A DNA stretch of 64,000 nucleotides from Dysgonamonadaceae bacterium (GTDB lineage Bacteria > Bacteroidota > Bacteroidia > Bacteroidales > Dysgonomonadaceae), in contig JAISYO010000043.1 of assembly GCA_031269865.1 (NCBI GenBank), positions 374-64,373 on the forward strand, written 5' to 3'. A program made the position numbers and the translations under genes. Below are positions 29,616-38,646 of the stretch, piece after piece; positions within the stretch are counted from its first letter, which is position 1; each line of letters opens with the position of its first letter. Below the pieces are notes generated by a model that saw nothing but the letters and a program-made list of their open reading frames with translations, was not told where the DNA came from and made no database searches.

Positions 29616-30458
29616 ATGATTATCGATAAAATAGAACCCCTTCGCGAATACCTCAACGGAAAAAGGCGGACAGGACTGCGCGTAGGGCTTGTCCCCACGA
29701 TGGGCTATCTGCACGAAGGACACCTTTCACTCATTCGCAGGGCGAAAAAAGAAAACAACGTGGTGGCAGTCAGCATTTTTGTGAACCCCACGCAGTTTGC
29801 GCCCAACGAAGATTTCGAGGCTTATCCACGCGACATCGCTCGCGACCACGCATTGGCGACCGAAGCAGGTGCCGACGTCGTTTTCCATCCCGGCGTGGCG
29901 GAAATGTATCCGCCCAACAGCAGCACCTTTGTGGAAGTTGGGGGCGAGATGACGAAAGTGTTGTGCGGTACTTCGCGCCCCACTCATTTCAGGGGCGTTA
30001 CCACGGTGGTAAATATGCTTTTCAACATCGTGAACCCCGACAACGCCTATTTCGGACAAAAAGACGCGCAACAAGCCGCCGTCATCGAAAAAATGCTGCG
30101 CGATTTGCATCTCGGCATCAACATCGTCGTTTGCCCCATCGTGCGCGAAACGAGCGGGTTGGCGATGAGTTCCCGCAACAAATACCTTTCGGAAGCGGAA
30201 AAAACAGCCGCGCTCGTCCTAAGCCGTTCATTAGCCGCGGCGAAACGCGCCATCGACAAGGGACAGCGCAGCAGTGCCGAAATCGCAAAGATGATTACCG
30301 AACAAATCAGCAAAGAGCCTATGGCTAAGATTGATTACGTTTCGGTTTACAGCTACCCCGATTTAGTTGCGGTGGAAAAAATAGAAGCCCGGACGCTTGT
30401 CGCGTTGGCGGTACGATTCGGGAAAACGCGCTTAATTGACAACATCATCATCGAATAA
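29616..30458 (+). CDS. panC: Pantoate--beta-alanine ligase
   Basis: 280 aa with the HxGH block PTMGYLHEGHLSL. Confidence 0.95.
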   Translation: MIIDKIEPLREYLNGKRRTGLRVGLVPTMGYLHEGHLSLIRRAKKENNVVAVSIFVNPTQFAPNEDFEAYPRDIARDHALATEAGADVVFHPGVAEMYPPNSSTFVEVGGEMTKVLCGTSRPTHFRGVTTVVNMLFNIVNPDNAYFGQKDAQQAAVIEKMLRDLHLGINIVVCPIVRETSGLAMSSRNKYLSEAEKTAALVLSRSLAAAKRAIDKGQRSSAEIAKMITEQISKEPMAKIDYVSVYSYPDLVAVEKIEARTLVALAVRFGKTRLIDNIIIE

Positions 30459-30464
30459 AAATTT

Positions 30465-30821
30465 ATGTTACTTCAAATCCTCAAAGCAAAAATTCATCGC
30501 GCCACCGTTACCGACGCAAATCTCAATTACAAGGGCAGCATTACCATCGACAAGGCATTGTTGATGAAAAGCGGTATCCTGCCTTTTGAAAAAGTGGACG
30601 TGGTAAATATCAACAACGGCGAACGATTTTCGACATACGTCATCGAGGCGGAAGAAAACAGCGGGACAATCTGCCTCAACGGTGCGGCTGCCCGGCTCGT
30701 GCAACCGCAAGACAAAATCATCGTGATGGCATACGCGCTGATGGACGAAAAAGAAGCGGAAACGCATTCGCCCGTCGTTTTGCTGATGGATGAGGACAAC
30801 CGTATTTTAACCCGACAATGA
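30465..30821 (+). CDS. panD: Aspartate 1-decarboxylase (pyruvoyl proenzyme)
   Basis: 118 aa with KIHRATVT and the self-cleavage site YKG-SITID. Confidence 0.95.
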   Translation: MLLQILKAKIHRATVTDANLNYKGSITIDKALLMKSGILPFEKVDVVNINNGERFSTYVIEAEENSGTICLNGAAARLVQPQDKIIVMAYALMDEKEAETHSPVVLLMDEDNRILTRQ

Positions 30822-30822
30822 G

Positions 30823-31617
30823 ATGCTACGTTTCGTAATCACGGCAGGGGGAACCGAAGAAAATATCGACGGCGTGCGGAAAATTACCAATTTCAGCACG
30901 GGTACGCTCGGTTGGCTGATGCTCGAAACGCTGCTTGAAAAAATGCGCGAAATCGGGCGGGCGGATTTTTCGGTTGATTACATTCACGGAACCCACGCCC
31001 TGAAACGCGAACTGCCCAACGCTATCGCCCGACAAGTCCGTTTCTTGCCCGTAAGCGATGCCCGAAGCGCGTACAACAAGGTTTTCGAGGTGTTGAAAAA
31101 CAGCCATATAGACGTATTTATCCACTCGATGGCGGTTTCCGACTTCACTTTTTCGTATGCCTCGCCGCTCGCAAACCTTGCGCGTGAGATTTTTGAAAAG
31201 ACGACTGCCGAAGGAGAACCCTCGCTTGCCGACATCGAAGGCATTTTGCGGAACCCCGAAGCGAAATTTTCGGAAGGGGAAAAAATCGCCTCTTCCGCCG
31301 AAATTGTTTTCGGCTTGAAACCCACGGAAAAAATCATTTCGCAAATCAAACGCCTAAGCCCGAAAACCTACCTTGTCGGGTTCAAGCTGTTGAGGAACGC
31401 CGACGAAACGGAACTGCTGCGCGCAGCCCGAAAATTAGAGCAGGACAACGCTTGCGACGCCATCCTCGCCAACGATTTATCGTGCATCTCGCAAGAACGG
31501 CACGAAGCCGTTTTGTTGAAACGCGGCGAAATCATCGGCTCGGCAACGAGCAAGGAAGCGATTGCCGAAATGGTAGTGAAACATTGTGTGCATCAGTTAA
31601 AAATCAACGAAATATGA
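30823..31617 (+). CDS. coaB: Stand-alone phosphopantothenate--cysteine ligase (CoaB)
   Basis: 264 aa. The block ITAGGTEENIDGVRKITNFSTG is typical of the DFP/CoaB domain. There is no flavoprotein domain in this ORF. Confidence 0.75.
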   Translation: MLRFVITAGGTEENIDGVRKITNFSTGTLGWLMLETLLEKMREIGRADFSVDYIHGTHALKRELPNAIARQVRFLPVSDARSAYNKVFEVLKNSHIDVFIHSMAVSDFTFSYASPLANLAREIFEKTTAEGEPSLADIEGILRNPEAKFSEGEKIASSAEIVFGLKPTEKIISQIKRLSPKTYLVGFKLLRNADETELLRAARKLEQDNACDAILANDLSCISQERHEAVLLKRGEIIGSATSKEAIAEMVVKHCVHQLKINEI

Positions 31618-32144
31618 AAAATATCCTAATCGGCGTAACGGGCGGAATTGCCGCCTACAAAGCTATCGAGGTGGTAAACGCCCTGCGCAAGAAAGGACAC
31701 AACGTAAGGGTTGTGATGACGAAATCGGCTCAGGAATTTATCCGCCCGCTCACTTTTCAAGCCATATCCGGCAATCAAGTCATTACCAATATGTTCGATG
31801 CCGATGATTCCTCTCATATCTCGCACATCGAGTTGGCTAAAAACGCCGACGTGTTCGCCATCGTGCCCGCCACGGCAAACATCATCGGGAAAATGGCTTC
31901 CGGCATCGCGGACGATATGCTCTCAACCATCGCGATGGTGGTGCGTTGCCCGTCCGTCATCGCCCCCGCGATGAACACGCTAATGTACGAAAACCGCATC
32001 GTGCAAGAGAACATCGGCAAACTCAAATCGCGCGGCTTTACCGTCCTCGACACCGACAGCGGCTTGCTCGCTTGTGGCGACACCGGAAAAGGAAAACTGC
32101 TGCCGTGGGAAACTATCGTGGCTGAAATTGAGCGGTTTTTGTGA
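31614..32144 (+). CDS. coaC: Stand-alone phosphopantothenoylcysteine decarboxylase (CoaC flavoprotein)
   Basis: Starts at MKNILIGVTGGIAAYKA, with the PAMN motif present. The ATG overlaps the coaB TGA (ATGA). I treat the longer tracked ORF from 31452 as a spurious extension. Confidence 0.85.
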   Translation: MKNILIGVTGGIAAYKAIEVVNALRKKGHNVRVVMTKSAQEFIRPLTFQAISGNQVITNMFDADDSSHISHIELAKNADVFAIVPATANIIGKMASGIADDMLSTIAMVVRCPSVIAPAMNTLMYENRIVQENIGKLKSRGFTVLDTDSGLLACGDTGKGKLLPWETIVAEIERFL

Positions 32145-32213
32145 TTTTGCTGAAATAAAATAAGGGTTGGGGGGATTCAATTTCTGAAACGTTCCGGGCA
32201 TTTTTGGCTACGC

Positions 32214-32280
32214 CACCCCTGAAAGGGGTACCCTCATCCCGTTCCGTGCCACGACGATGGAACCTGACACGGAATCCCCT
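32214..32280 (+). repeat. Mosaic repeat (copy 4): hairpin CCCCTGAAAGGGG, then a CATCCCGTTCCGTGCCACGAC...GGAATCCCC variant
   Basis: Read directly from the sequence. It lies between coaC and the convergent FISUMP gene. Confidence 0.75.
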
Positions 32281-32296
32281 GTTTCCTGGCTCTATC

Positions 32297-33604
32297 TCAA
32301 TTCATCACGCAACGGACTGACAGTCCGTACTTGCGATAGCTGGAGCTCGTGCTCACACCACCGGAAGAGATGAACAAGATACCCGAATAATCATGTACCA
32401 AACCGTAGTGCGCGGCACTCCAATAGTTGCCGTAGGTGCCCTGATTGAACATAGCGGAGCCGAGATGCTGGCCCGCCGCCGGCAAAAATAAGGTGTTGCC
32501 GCCTGCGTCGGTAAACTCGTAACCGTTGATACCGAGGGATTCGGTTTTCCATCCTTTCGTTGACAGGTTCTTCAAAGCGGTAAACTCCTCTGTCGTCGGC
32601 AGACGCCAACCCGGAGGGCAGGGACCTTTGTCGTTGTTCCAATCGGTGCCTGTCGGGGTAGTAAAGTCCCAATCGCCGTTGCCCCACGCCTTATTCCTGT
32701 TCCACTGGTAGAAGCTGCCGTAATCATAACTGTTTGTGGCGAACTTGCCACCGTCGTCATCCGTACCGTCGCCTTCCACGTTGCTTTCCGCCCAAATCGT
32801 GTTGTTTGTCACGAAAGCGGTCTTCCAGGGGCGTTCTTCGGGTTTGGGGAAGGGGGCGGTGTAGCGCATCTGCGGCGAGAAGGTCTTGGTAAAGCCCTGC
32901 TGCTCGGCGTCGGCGGTGCCTGCCGTGCCGCGGAGGATTACACGGAAAACGCCGTTCGTTATCGAAAAAGAGGAGGGGTCGAAACCGACGTACAGGGTCA
33001 GCGCGTTGCCGCTTATCGCGAAGGGGGTGGCAGCCGTGAGCGTTTCCGCGCAGCTTTTGGTGGCGTCGGCGGCTTGCAAAGTCACTTTCTGCACGTTGCC
33101 GATCGCAGGGATGCCCGTCAGCGCGAGTTTCATGATGGACGTTTCCCATTTCAACGTCTGGTTGTCTATGGTGGCGAGGGTCGCGAACTTCGGCGAGCGT
33201 GCCTTGAAGGTAAATTCGGGGTTCTCGTTCCCCGAAATGGTCGTTTCGACGTTCTCGTAATACAGGTCGTAAGCGGCGCCCGCGGGGATCGTCCCCTCAC
33301 CCACCTTCAATTTGAACGTGCCGTAGGGGTCGCCGGTGGAATACTCGTAAGTTACCGTGCCGAGTAAGTTATCCGACAGGTCGTAGCTGTTCAGTTTCAA
33401 TTCCTCGTCGCCCTCCCAAGTGAATTTGATGGCGGCGTCGTCGTAGGTTGCGCGGGTTTCGACCGCGTCCGTGCCCACCGTGATTTTTTCGGGGGCTTGC
33501 AGCAAGGTCGCTTCCGTCATTGCCGCCTCGTCTTCGGATTGGGTGCAGGATGCGCCAATCGCGACACCCATAAAGAGGGTGCAGATCATTCTCGTTGGTT
33601 TCAT
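32297..33604 (-). CDS. Surface lipoprotein with a C-terminal FISUMP (Fibrobacter succinogenes major paralogous) domain
   Basis: 435 aa with lipobox GASCT. C-terminal blocks are FYQWN, CPPGWRLPT..EF, LFLPAAG, YWSA and SVRCV. Confidence 0.75.
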   Translation of the reverse strand: MKPTRMICTLFMGVAIGASCTQSEDEAAMTEATLLQAPEKITVGTDAVETRATYDDAAIKFTWEGDEELKLNSYDLSDNLLGTVTYEYSTGDPYGTFKLKVGEGTIPAGAAYDLYYENVETTISGNENPEFTFKARSPKFATLATIDNQTLKWETSIMKLALTGIPAIGNVQKVTLQAADATKSCAETLTAATPFAISGNALTLYVGFDPSSFSITNGVFRVILRGTAGTADAEQQGFTKTFSPQMRYTAPFPKPEERPWKTAFVTNNTIWAESNVEGDGTDDDGGKFATNSYDYGSFYQWNRNKAWGNGDWDFTTPTGTDWNNDKGPCPPGWRLPTTEEFTALKNLSTKGWKTESLGINGYEFTDAGGNTLFLPAAGQHLGSAMFNQGTYGNYWSAAHYGLVHDYSGILFISSGGVSTSSSYRKYGLSVRCVMN

Positions 33605-33617
33605 AGCCTTAATTTTT

Positions 33618-33776
33618 TTATGTTGTCATTGATGGATATTCTTCGCCGGGTCCGAAGAGCTTTGCTTCGCCGCTGCCGCCGCTGCCGAAATCGATCGCGA
33701 ACATACTGTTGTGCTTTACCGCGAACTCCTCGAAGCTGGGTTTCGAGTACGCTTTTTTTTCGTTCTTTTCGTTCAT
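33618..33776 (-). CDS. Candidate 52-aa small protein immediately upstream of the FISUMP lipoprotein gene
   Basis: My hand translation gives MNEKNEKKAYSKPSFEEFAVKHNSMFAIDFGSGGSGEAKLFGPGEEYPSMTT. It has an A-rich initiation region and stops 13 nt before the FISUMP ATG. I recognise no homolog. Confidence 0.35.
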   Translation of the reverse strand: MNEKNEKKAYSKPSFEEFAVKHNSMFAIDFGSGGSGEAKLFGPGEEYPSMTT

Positions 33777-34058
33777 TTGTTTTAAATTTTAAATTGTTGT
33801 TTTACTTTTTTTGATTATGAGTGGTTGATGAATTCCTTTTTCAGTTTCGCCGCTACCGCGCAAGTCCCCCTGCCTCCCTTTCCGCAAGAGGGGCTATTGC
33901 CGCACGAACGCATTCGTGCGGCGACGGGGTGCGGGATTGCGCCCGCCCCGGATATTTTTCGTCGTGCTCGTTGGGATACGCCCCCTTTCCAAAAAAATTT
34001 CCCTTACTTTGCGGTTTTTTGAAAACGACAAAGCGGGAGGGCGGGAATATCAGTAGGT

Positions 34059-34119
<61 letters not shown>

Positions 34120-34217
34120 GCAAAAAATCTGACGCCGCCAAACTTTCCGCCCGCTTTTTCGCTGTAAAAATCACACTTCATAGCCTTGTTAGCATTATTA
34201 TGGTTGCATATTAACGG

Positions 34218-34225
34218 CAAAGATA
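34218..34225 (-). promoter_or_regulatory. -7 box TATCTTTG pointing through the (CA)28 tract toward the small ORF and FISUMP gene
   Basis: Plus strand reads CAAAGATA. It is the only consensus box I see upstream of 33776 on the minus strand. Confidence 0.35.
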
Positions 34226-34299
34226 AAAATTAATTTTTATAAACCGCATCAATTTTAGCGAAATATTTTTATGCGAGTCCCAAAAAAGTGGATTTTTCA

Positions 34300-34445
34300 C
34301 ACAACGGCATCCCTGGCGGGATTGGAGTATCGTGAAAGCATCCCGTCAGGGATGCTAAGCTCGGTAGAAAATGACACCACAGCCAATTTTCGCATCCCAT
34401 CGGGATGCAACCCCATTCTATTGATATGCAACGCCTGCGGCGCAA
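34300..34445. repeat. Hairpin-array module (three GCATCCC-N3/4-GGGATGC-type hairpins, then ATTCTATTGATAT plus a GC hairpin)
   Basis: Hairpins at about 34308-34322, 34338-34355 and 34392-34408. The 13-mer is at 34415-34427. Confidence 0.75.
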
Positions 34446-34502
34446 ATAAAAAAATCTGCGTTTATCGGCGCGCTATCCGTGTCATCGGCGTTCTAAAAAA
34501 CA

Positions 34503-34553
34503 GGGGGATTGCGGGGCAAGCCCGCAATGACGGTGCGCTTTCATTAGCACATT
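34503..34553 (-). repeat. Mosaic repeat variant (copy 7, rc): GTGCTAATG - GCACCGTCATTGC - hairpin GCGGG/CCCGC - AATCCCC
   Basis: Plus strand reads GGGGATTGCGGGGCAAGCCCGCAATGACGGTGCGCTTTCATTAGCACATTATC. Confidence 0.75.
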
Positions 34554-34620
34554 ATCAAAACGCCCGAAGCCATAAAATAAGATTCCTGTAATTTTATTTT
34601 GAAATTTGTATTTTTTGTTG

Positions 34621-34628
34621 TATCTTTG
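34621..34628 (+). promoter_or_regulatory. -7 box TATCTTTG for higBA
   Basis: 32 nt upstream of the higB ATG at 34660. Confidence 0.5.
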
Positions 34629-34659
34629 CAAGCAAAATACAAAAGAAAATCATTCCTAA

Positions 34660-34953
34660 ATGAGAATTATTGCTCATCGAACGATCGTAGAATATGGAAA
34701 TCGGTACAGCGATGCGAAAACGGCACTCGACGCTTGGTATCGGGTGGCAAAAGCGGCTGAATGGAAAAATTTCCAAGACGTAAAGAATACGGTTGGAAGT
34801 GCCGATTATGCTAGAAATCGGCGTTTCGTGTTCAATATCAAGGGCAACGATTATCGTTTGGATGTGAAAATACTATTTGTTCAGAAAATCGTTTACATCC
34901 GGTTTATCGGGACACACAAAGAATATGACAAAATAGATTGCCCAACCATTTAA
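34660..34953 (+). CDS. higB: Type II toxin HigB (mRNA interferase, HigB_toxin/PF09907 type)
   Basis: 97 aa. The sequence MRIIAHRTIVEY...W.NF.DVK......D....R.VFNIKGNDYRL...I.F....VYIRFIGTH.EYD is characteristic of the family. It sits upstream of an HTH antitoxin. Confidence 0.85.
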   Translation: MRIIAHRTIVEYGNRYSDAKTALDAWYRVAKAAEWKNFQDVKNTVGSADYARNRRFVFNIKGNDYRLDVKILFVQKIVYIRFIGTHKEYDKIDCPTI

Positions 34954-34966
34954 AATTCAAAACATT

Positions 34967-35329
34967 ATGGCAAAAATTAAAGACGATGGCCAATACCAGG
35001 TTTTGCTCAAAAGAGTGGAAACCTTGATGGAAACGGTGCAGGAAGACACGCCGTCGAGCAACCCCGATTTTATTGAGTTGGATTTGCTTGCCGATTTGGT
35101 TGAAGAATACGAAATGGAACATTACCCTGTCGGACAACCCGATTTGTCGGACATTTTGAAATTACGAATGTACGAAATGCAATTGACACAAAAATCATTG
35201 GCGGAATTGCTTGGCGTCAGCGCACCGCGCATTTCGGAATACCTGCGCGGCAAAGCCAAACCGACATTCCCCATAGCGCGTATTATGCACCACAAACTGC
35301 AAATCGACGGCAATCTGATTTTGGCATAA
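34967..35329 (+). CDS. higA: HigA-type antitoxin (C-terminal XRE HTH)
   Basis: 120 aa with the HTH block LTQKSLAELLGVSAPRISEYLRGK, starting 13 nt after the higB stop. Confidence 0.8.
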   Translation: MAKIKDDGQYQVLLKRVETLMETVQEDTPSSNPDFIELDLLADLVEEYEMEHYPVGQPDLSDILKLRMYEMQLTQKSLAELLGVSAPRISEYLRGKAKPTFPIARIMHHKLQIDGNLILA

Positions 35330-35370
35330 CAGCGTTGCGCGGTTTTTAACGCCGTACTTGGCGCAAAAAC

Positions 35371-37668
35371 CTACTCCCTCACAATCTTAAACTTGGCATA
35401 TTTGAGCAAGAGTTGCTTTTGTCCCGACGATTCAAAATCGACAAAGGCACGGCGGTTGCCATCGTCCTGCTCCACCGAAAGGACTTTGCCGCGCCCGAAA
35501 CGTTCGTGCTCAATGGTGTCGCCCGCCCGCAACGCCTTGGCTTCCTCAGGCAAGGAAGCCAACGAGCCGTTTGCCACTTGCAGGGGGACGGTGTGGCGCG
35601 GCGCGGCGCGGAAAGATGTCGGCGCGGTGGACAGTGTACGACTTTCGCGTTGCTGCCGCATCGTGTTCCAAAATCCGTCGGACGGGGCGGCGAGGGTGTT
35701 GCGCTCCATCGACAGCAAATTGGCGTCGATGTCGGACAAGAAACGGCTTTGGCTTGCGGAATTTATCTGTCCGTTTTTGAAACGGCTTTTGGCAAAGGTA
35801 ATGGTGCAGGTTTTTTCGGCGCGGGTAATGGCGACGTAAAACAATCGGCGTTCCTCTTCCAAGCCCCGAATATCGGCTTTCGCCATCGCCGAGGGGAACA
35901 AATCTTCCTCCATTCCCACCACGAACACGTGCCCGAACTCCAAGCCTTTCGAGGCGTGGACAGTCATCAGCGTTACTTTTTCGTTCCCCGATTCCTTGTC
36001 GGTGTCCTGATCGGTAAGCAACGAAACTTCCGAGAGGAAATCCACGAGGGTTACCTCCTCATCGCCCTGTTCCTGACGCGATTCCACAAACTCGTTCATC
36101 GCATTGAGCAACTCCTGAATGTTTTGTGCACGGCTCATTCCTTCGGGTGTCATATCGTCGTAAGCGTCTTTGGCGATGCCTGTATTTTTGATGACGAGTT
36201 GTGCCAAGTCGTAGGCGTTCAGCTCGTTGCTCTTGGCGATAAGCTCATCGACAAGCCCACAAAAGTCAGCCAATTTCTTTGCTGTGCCCGAATTAACGTT
36301 CAGGTTGTATTCCAAGGGCGCGGAAAGCACCTGCCACAAGCTCACGCCCTGCCCTTGCGCCGTGTCGGAAATCTTCTTTACCGTAACATCGCCGATGCCA
36401 CGCGCCGGATAATTGATGACACGGCGGAAAGCCTCTTCGTCGCCCGGATTGACAATCAGCCGGAAATAGCCGATCACGTCTTTGATTTCTTTCCGTTGAT
36501 AGAACGACAAACCGCCGTAGATGCGGTAAGGGATATTGATTTTGCGCAAGGATTCCTCGAAGATGCGCGATTGCGCGTTGGTGCGGTAGAGAATGGCAAA
36601 TTCGCCGTAGTTGGCGTGGCGTTCGAGGTGGATACGCGCAATTTTATTGGCGACGATCACTCCTTCCTCGAAATCGGAAAATGCGCCGGCAATTTCCACC
36701 TTCTCGCCCACTTCGTTTTCGGAATAAACGTCCTTGAAAATCTGTTCTTTGTTCTTCTTGATGAGGCTGTTGGCGGCGTTCACGATATTTTGCGTGGAAC
36801 GATAGTTGCGTTCGAGCTTGAAAACCCGTGTTTCGGGATAGTTTGATTTGAATTTCAATATGTTATCTATATTCGCCCCACGAAACGAATAGATGCTCTG
36901 CGCATCGTCGCCCACCACGCACACGCGATGGTGCGCATCTACCAACTGCTTCACGATGAGGTGCTGCGCAAAATTGGTATCCTGATACTCGTCCACCAAA
37001 ATGTATTGGAATTGGTTGCGGTATTTTTCCAACACGTCGGGATTGTCGCGAAACAGCAGGTTGGTATAAACCAACAAATCGTCGAAATCCATACTGTTGG
37101 CGGAACGAAGCCGATGCTGATACTGCTGATAAATCTCGAAAAGGCGCGCACGCCCCGAATGCCGATCGTACTCCGTTAATTCCCCGTTGCGGGCGTACAT
37201 GGCAGGCGTAATCAAGGCGTTTTTCGCCCTCGAAATTTGGTTGTGCACGCTGCCCGGCTTATATGCTTTTTCGGTGTCCAAACCCATATCTTTGATAATG
37301 CGCTTGATAAGGTTGTTGGAATCCGCCGAATCGAAAATCGTGAAGTTGGATTGAAAGCCGATGCGCTCGGCTTCCATCCTCAAAATACGCGCGAAAATGG
37401 AATGGAAGGTACCCATCCACAACCGCCGCGCCCGTTTTTCGCCCACCAACTCGGCGATGCGCGTTTTCATCTCGCGGGCGGCTTTGTTGGTAAACGTGAG
37501 CGCGAGGATATACCACGGCGGAAGTCCCTGTTCGAGCAGGTAGGCGATTTTGTAAGTCAGCACGCGCGTTTTTCCCGAACCAGCCCCGGCAATAACCAGC
37601 GAAGGTCCGTCGCAAAATTCAACCGCCGCCTGCTGAGCCGGATTTAACTGACTGAGGATTTCTTCCAT
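35371..37668 (-). CDS. UvrD/PcrA/Rep-family ATP-dependent DNA helicase
   Basis: 765 aa with Walker A AGAGSGKT and motif II LVDEYQDTN. Confidence 0.9.
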   Translation of the reverse strand: MEEILSQLNPAQQAAVEFCDGPSLVIAGAGSGKTRVLTYKIAYLLEQGLPPWYILALTFTNKAAREMKTRIAELVGEKRARRLWMGTFHSIFARILRMEAERIGFQSNFTIFDSADSNNLIKRIIKDMGLDTEKAYKPGSVHNQISRAKNALITPAMYARNGELTEYDRHSGRARLFEIYQQYQHRLRSANSMDFDDLLVYTNLLFRDNPDVLEKYRNQFQYILVDEYQDTNFAQHLIVKQLVDAHHRVCVVGDDAQSIYSFRGANIDNILKFKSNYPETRVFKLERNYRSTQNIVNAANSLIKKNKEQIFKDVYSENEVGEKVEIAGAFSDFEEGVIVANKIARIHLERHANYGEFAILYRTNAQSRIFEESLRKINIPYRIYGGLSFYQRKEIKDVIGYFRLIVNPGDEEAFRRVINYPARGIGDVTVKKISDTAQGQGVSLWQVLSAPLEYNLNVNSGTAKKLADFCGLVDELIAKSNELNAYDLAQLVIKNTGIAKDAYDDMTPEGMSRAQNIQELLNAMNEFVESRQEQGDEEVTLVDFLSEVSLLTDQDTDKESGNEKVTLMTVHASKGLEFGHVFVVGMEEDLFPSAMAKADIRGLEEERRLFYVAITRAEKTCTITFAKSRFKNGQINSASQSRFLSDIDANLLSMERNTLAAPSDGFWNTMRQQRESRTLSTAPTSFRAAPRHTVPLQVANGSLASLPEEAKALRAGDTIEHERFGRGKVLSVEQDDGNRRAFVDFESSGQKQLLLKYAKFKIVRE

Positions 37669-37688
37669 TTATTCAGCACGATTTTACA

Positions 37689-38261
37689 TTACAAACCGCC
37701 GGGGTTGTTCCTCATTTCTTTGTATTTTTTGCAGGGAAGGTGGATTTGGAAGCCCAAATTCAGCAGCAGCCCGTTGCGGCTTCCGCTTCCGAGATTGCCG
37801 TCGTATAGCAACGATGCTTCCAAGGCAATGGCGTCGGTAAGGAAATAGGCGTATCCTGGTCCGAAATTCAGGTTAAACATTAAGTCGCCACCTGTCGCGC
37901 CCCCTATTCCTGCCCCGGCTTCCAAAAACCAACGTCCGTGCTGCAAGAAATTGTCCACGCCCTGCTCGCCGGGTCCCAAATAATACCGCCCGAACGCGCC
38001 GACGCCGTATTCGTAGATCGCTTTCACATTTTTTACCTTGCTGGCGCCCAACTTCACTTGTCCGCCAACCGCTACGTTGTCTTGGATAAAATACCCGACT
38101 TTCGGCGTCAAGAGGATACTCGTTTTCCCTGCGCTGCCGAATGTCAGTTGCGCATTCGCCAACGAACCGCCCACGAGCGTACTTCCTTCTTCAATTTGCG
38201 CGTTGGCAATCCCTGCCGAACACAACAACGCTACACACGTTGCCCATAGTAACTTTTTCAT
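37689..38261 (-). CDS. Small outer-membrane beta-barrel (porin-family) protein
   Basis: 190 aa with a signal peptide and alternating aromatic/Gly-rich beta-strand pattern. Confidence 0.6.
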   Translation of the reverse strand: MKKLLWATCVALLCSAGIANAQIEEGSTLVGGSLANAQLTFGSAGKTSILLTPKVGYFIQDNVAVGGQVKLGASKVKNVKAIYEYGVGAFGRYYLGPGEQGVDNFLQHGRWFLEAGAGIGGATGGDLMFNLNFGPGYAYFLTDAIALEASLLYDGNLGSGSRNGLLLNLGFQIHLPCKKYKEMRNNPGGL

Positions 38262-38352
38262 AATGTAAATTATTAAATTTTAAATTATTATTATTAAAGT
38301 AAAGCCGCCACCTTGCGGATTTCGGCAAGGTGTTTGCTTAACTTGCTATCCT

Positions 38353-38514
38353 TTATAATGATTTGTAATGTCTATCAGAGAACAAATTGTAATTTATACA
38401 TTTCAAATAACCATTGACGACTTGTGGCTGATAACGGTGTTTTTTGTCCGTTGTTTTGCTATTTTCGTACAATTCACGCAAATAGTCTTTTTCAAATTCT
38501 ATATCCATATCCAT
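38353..38514 (-). pseudogene. N-terminal relic of a HigB-like 'plasmid maintenance system killer' toxin
   Basis: My hand translation gives MDMDIEFEKDYLRELYENSKTTDKKHRYQPQVVNGYLKCINYNLFSDRHYKSL*. The FEKDYLRELYE..K..DKKHR.QPQ.. block is typical of the family. The ORF is truncated at about half the normal length. Confidence 0.5.
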
Positions 38515-38646
38515 ATCCGATATTTGTTCGCTGCGAAGGTAACACTATTTTTTGTATTCACAAAAAGAGTGAATGTCTTTTTTTTTGCGGGAAACAGACT
38601 AAAAAAAGTTTTCAATAAAAAAACCTCTGTTTTTTGAGGGCTAAGA

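Noticed and set aside
34300-34445. Possible CRISPR array (regularly spaced short palindromic hairpins), also considered at 11085-11195
   Set aside because: The repeat units are only 15-18 nt, differ from each other, and are irregularly spaced. There are at most three units, and no cas genes or leader are present in the window.
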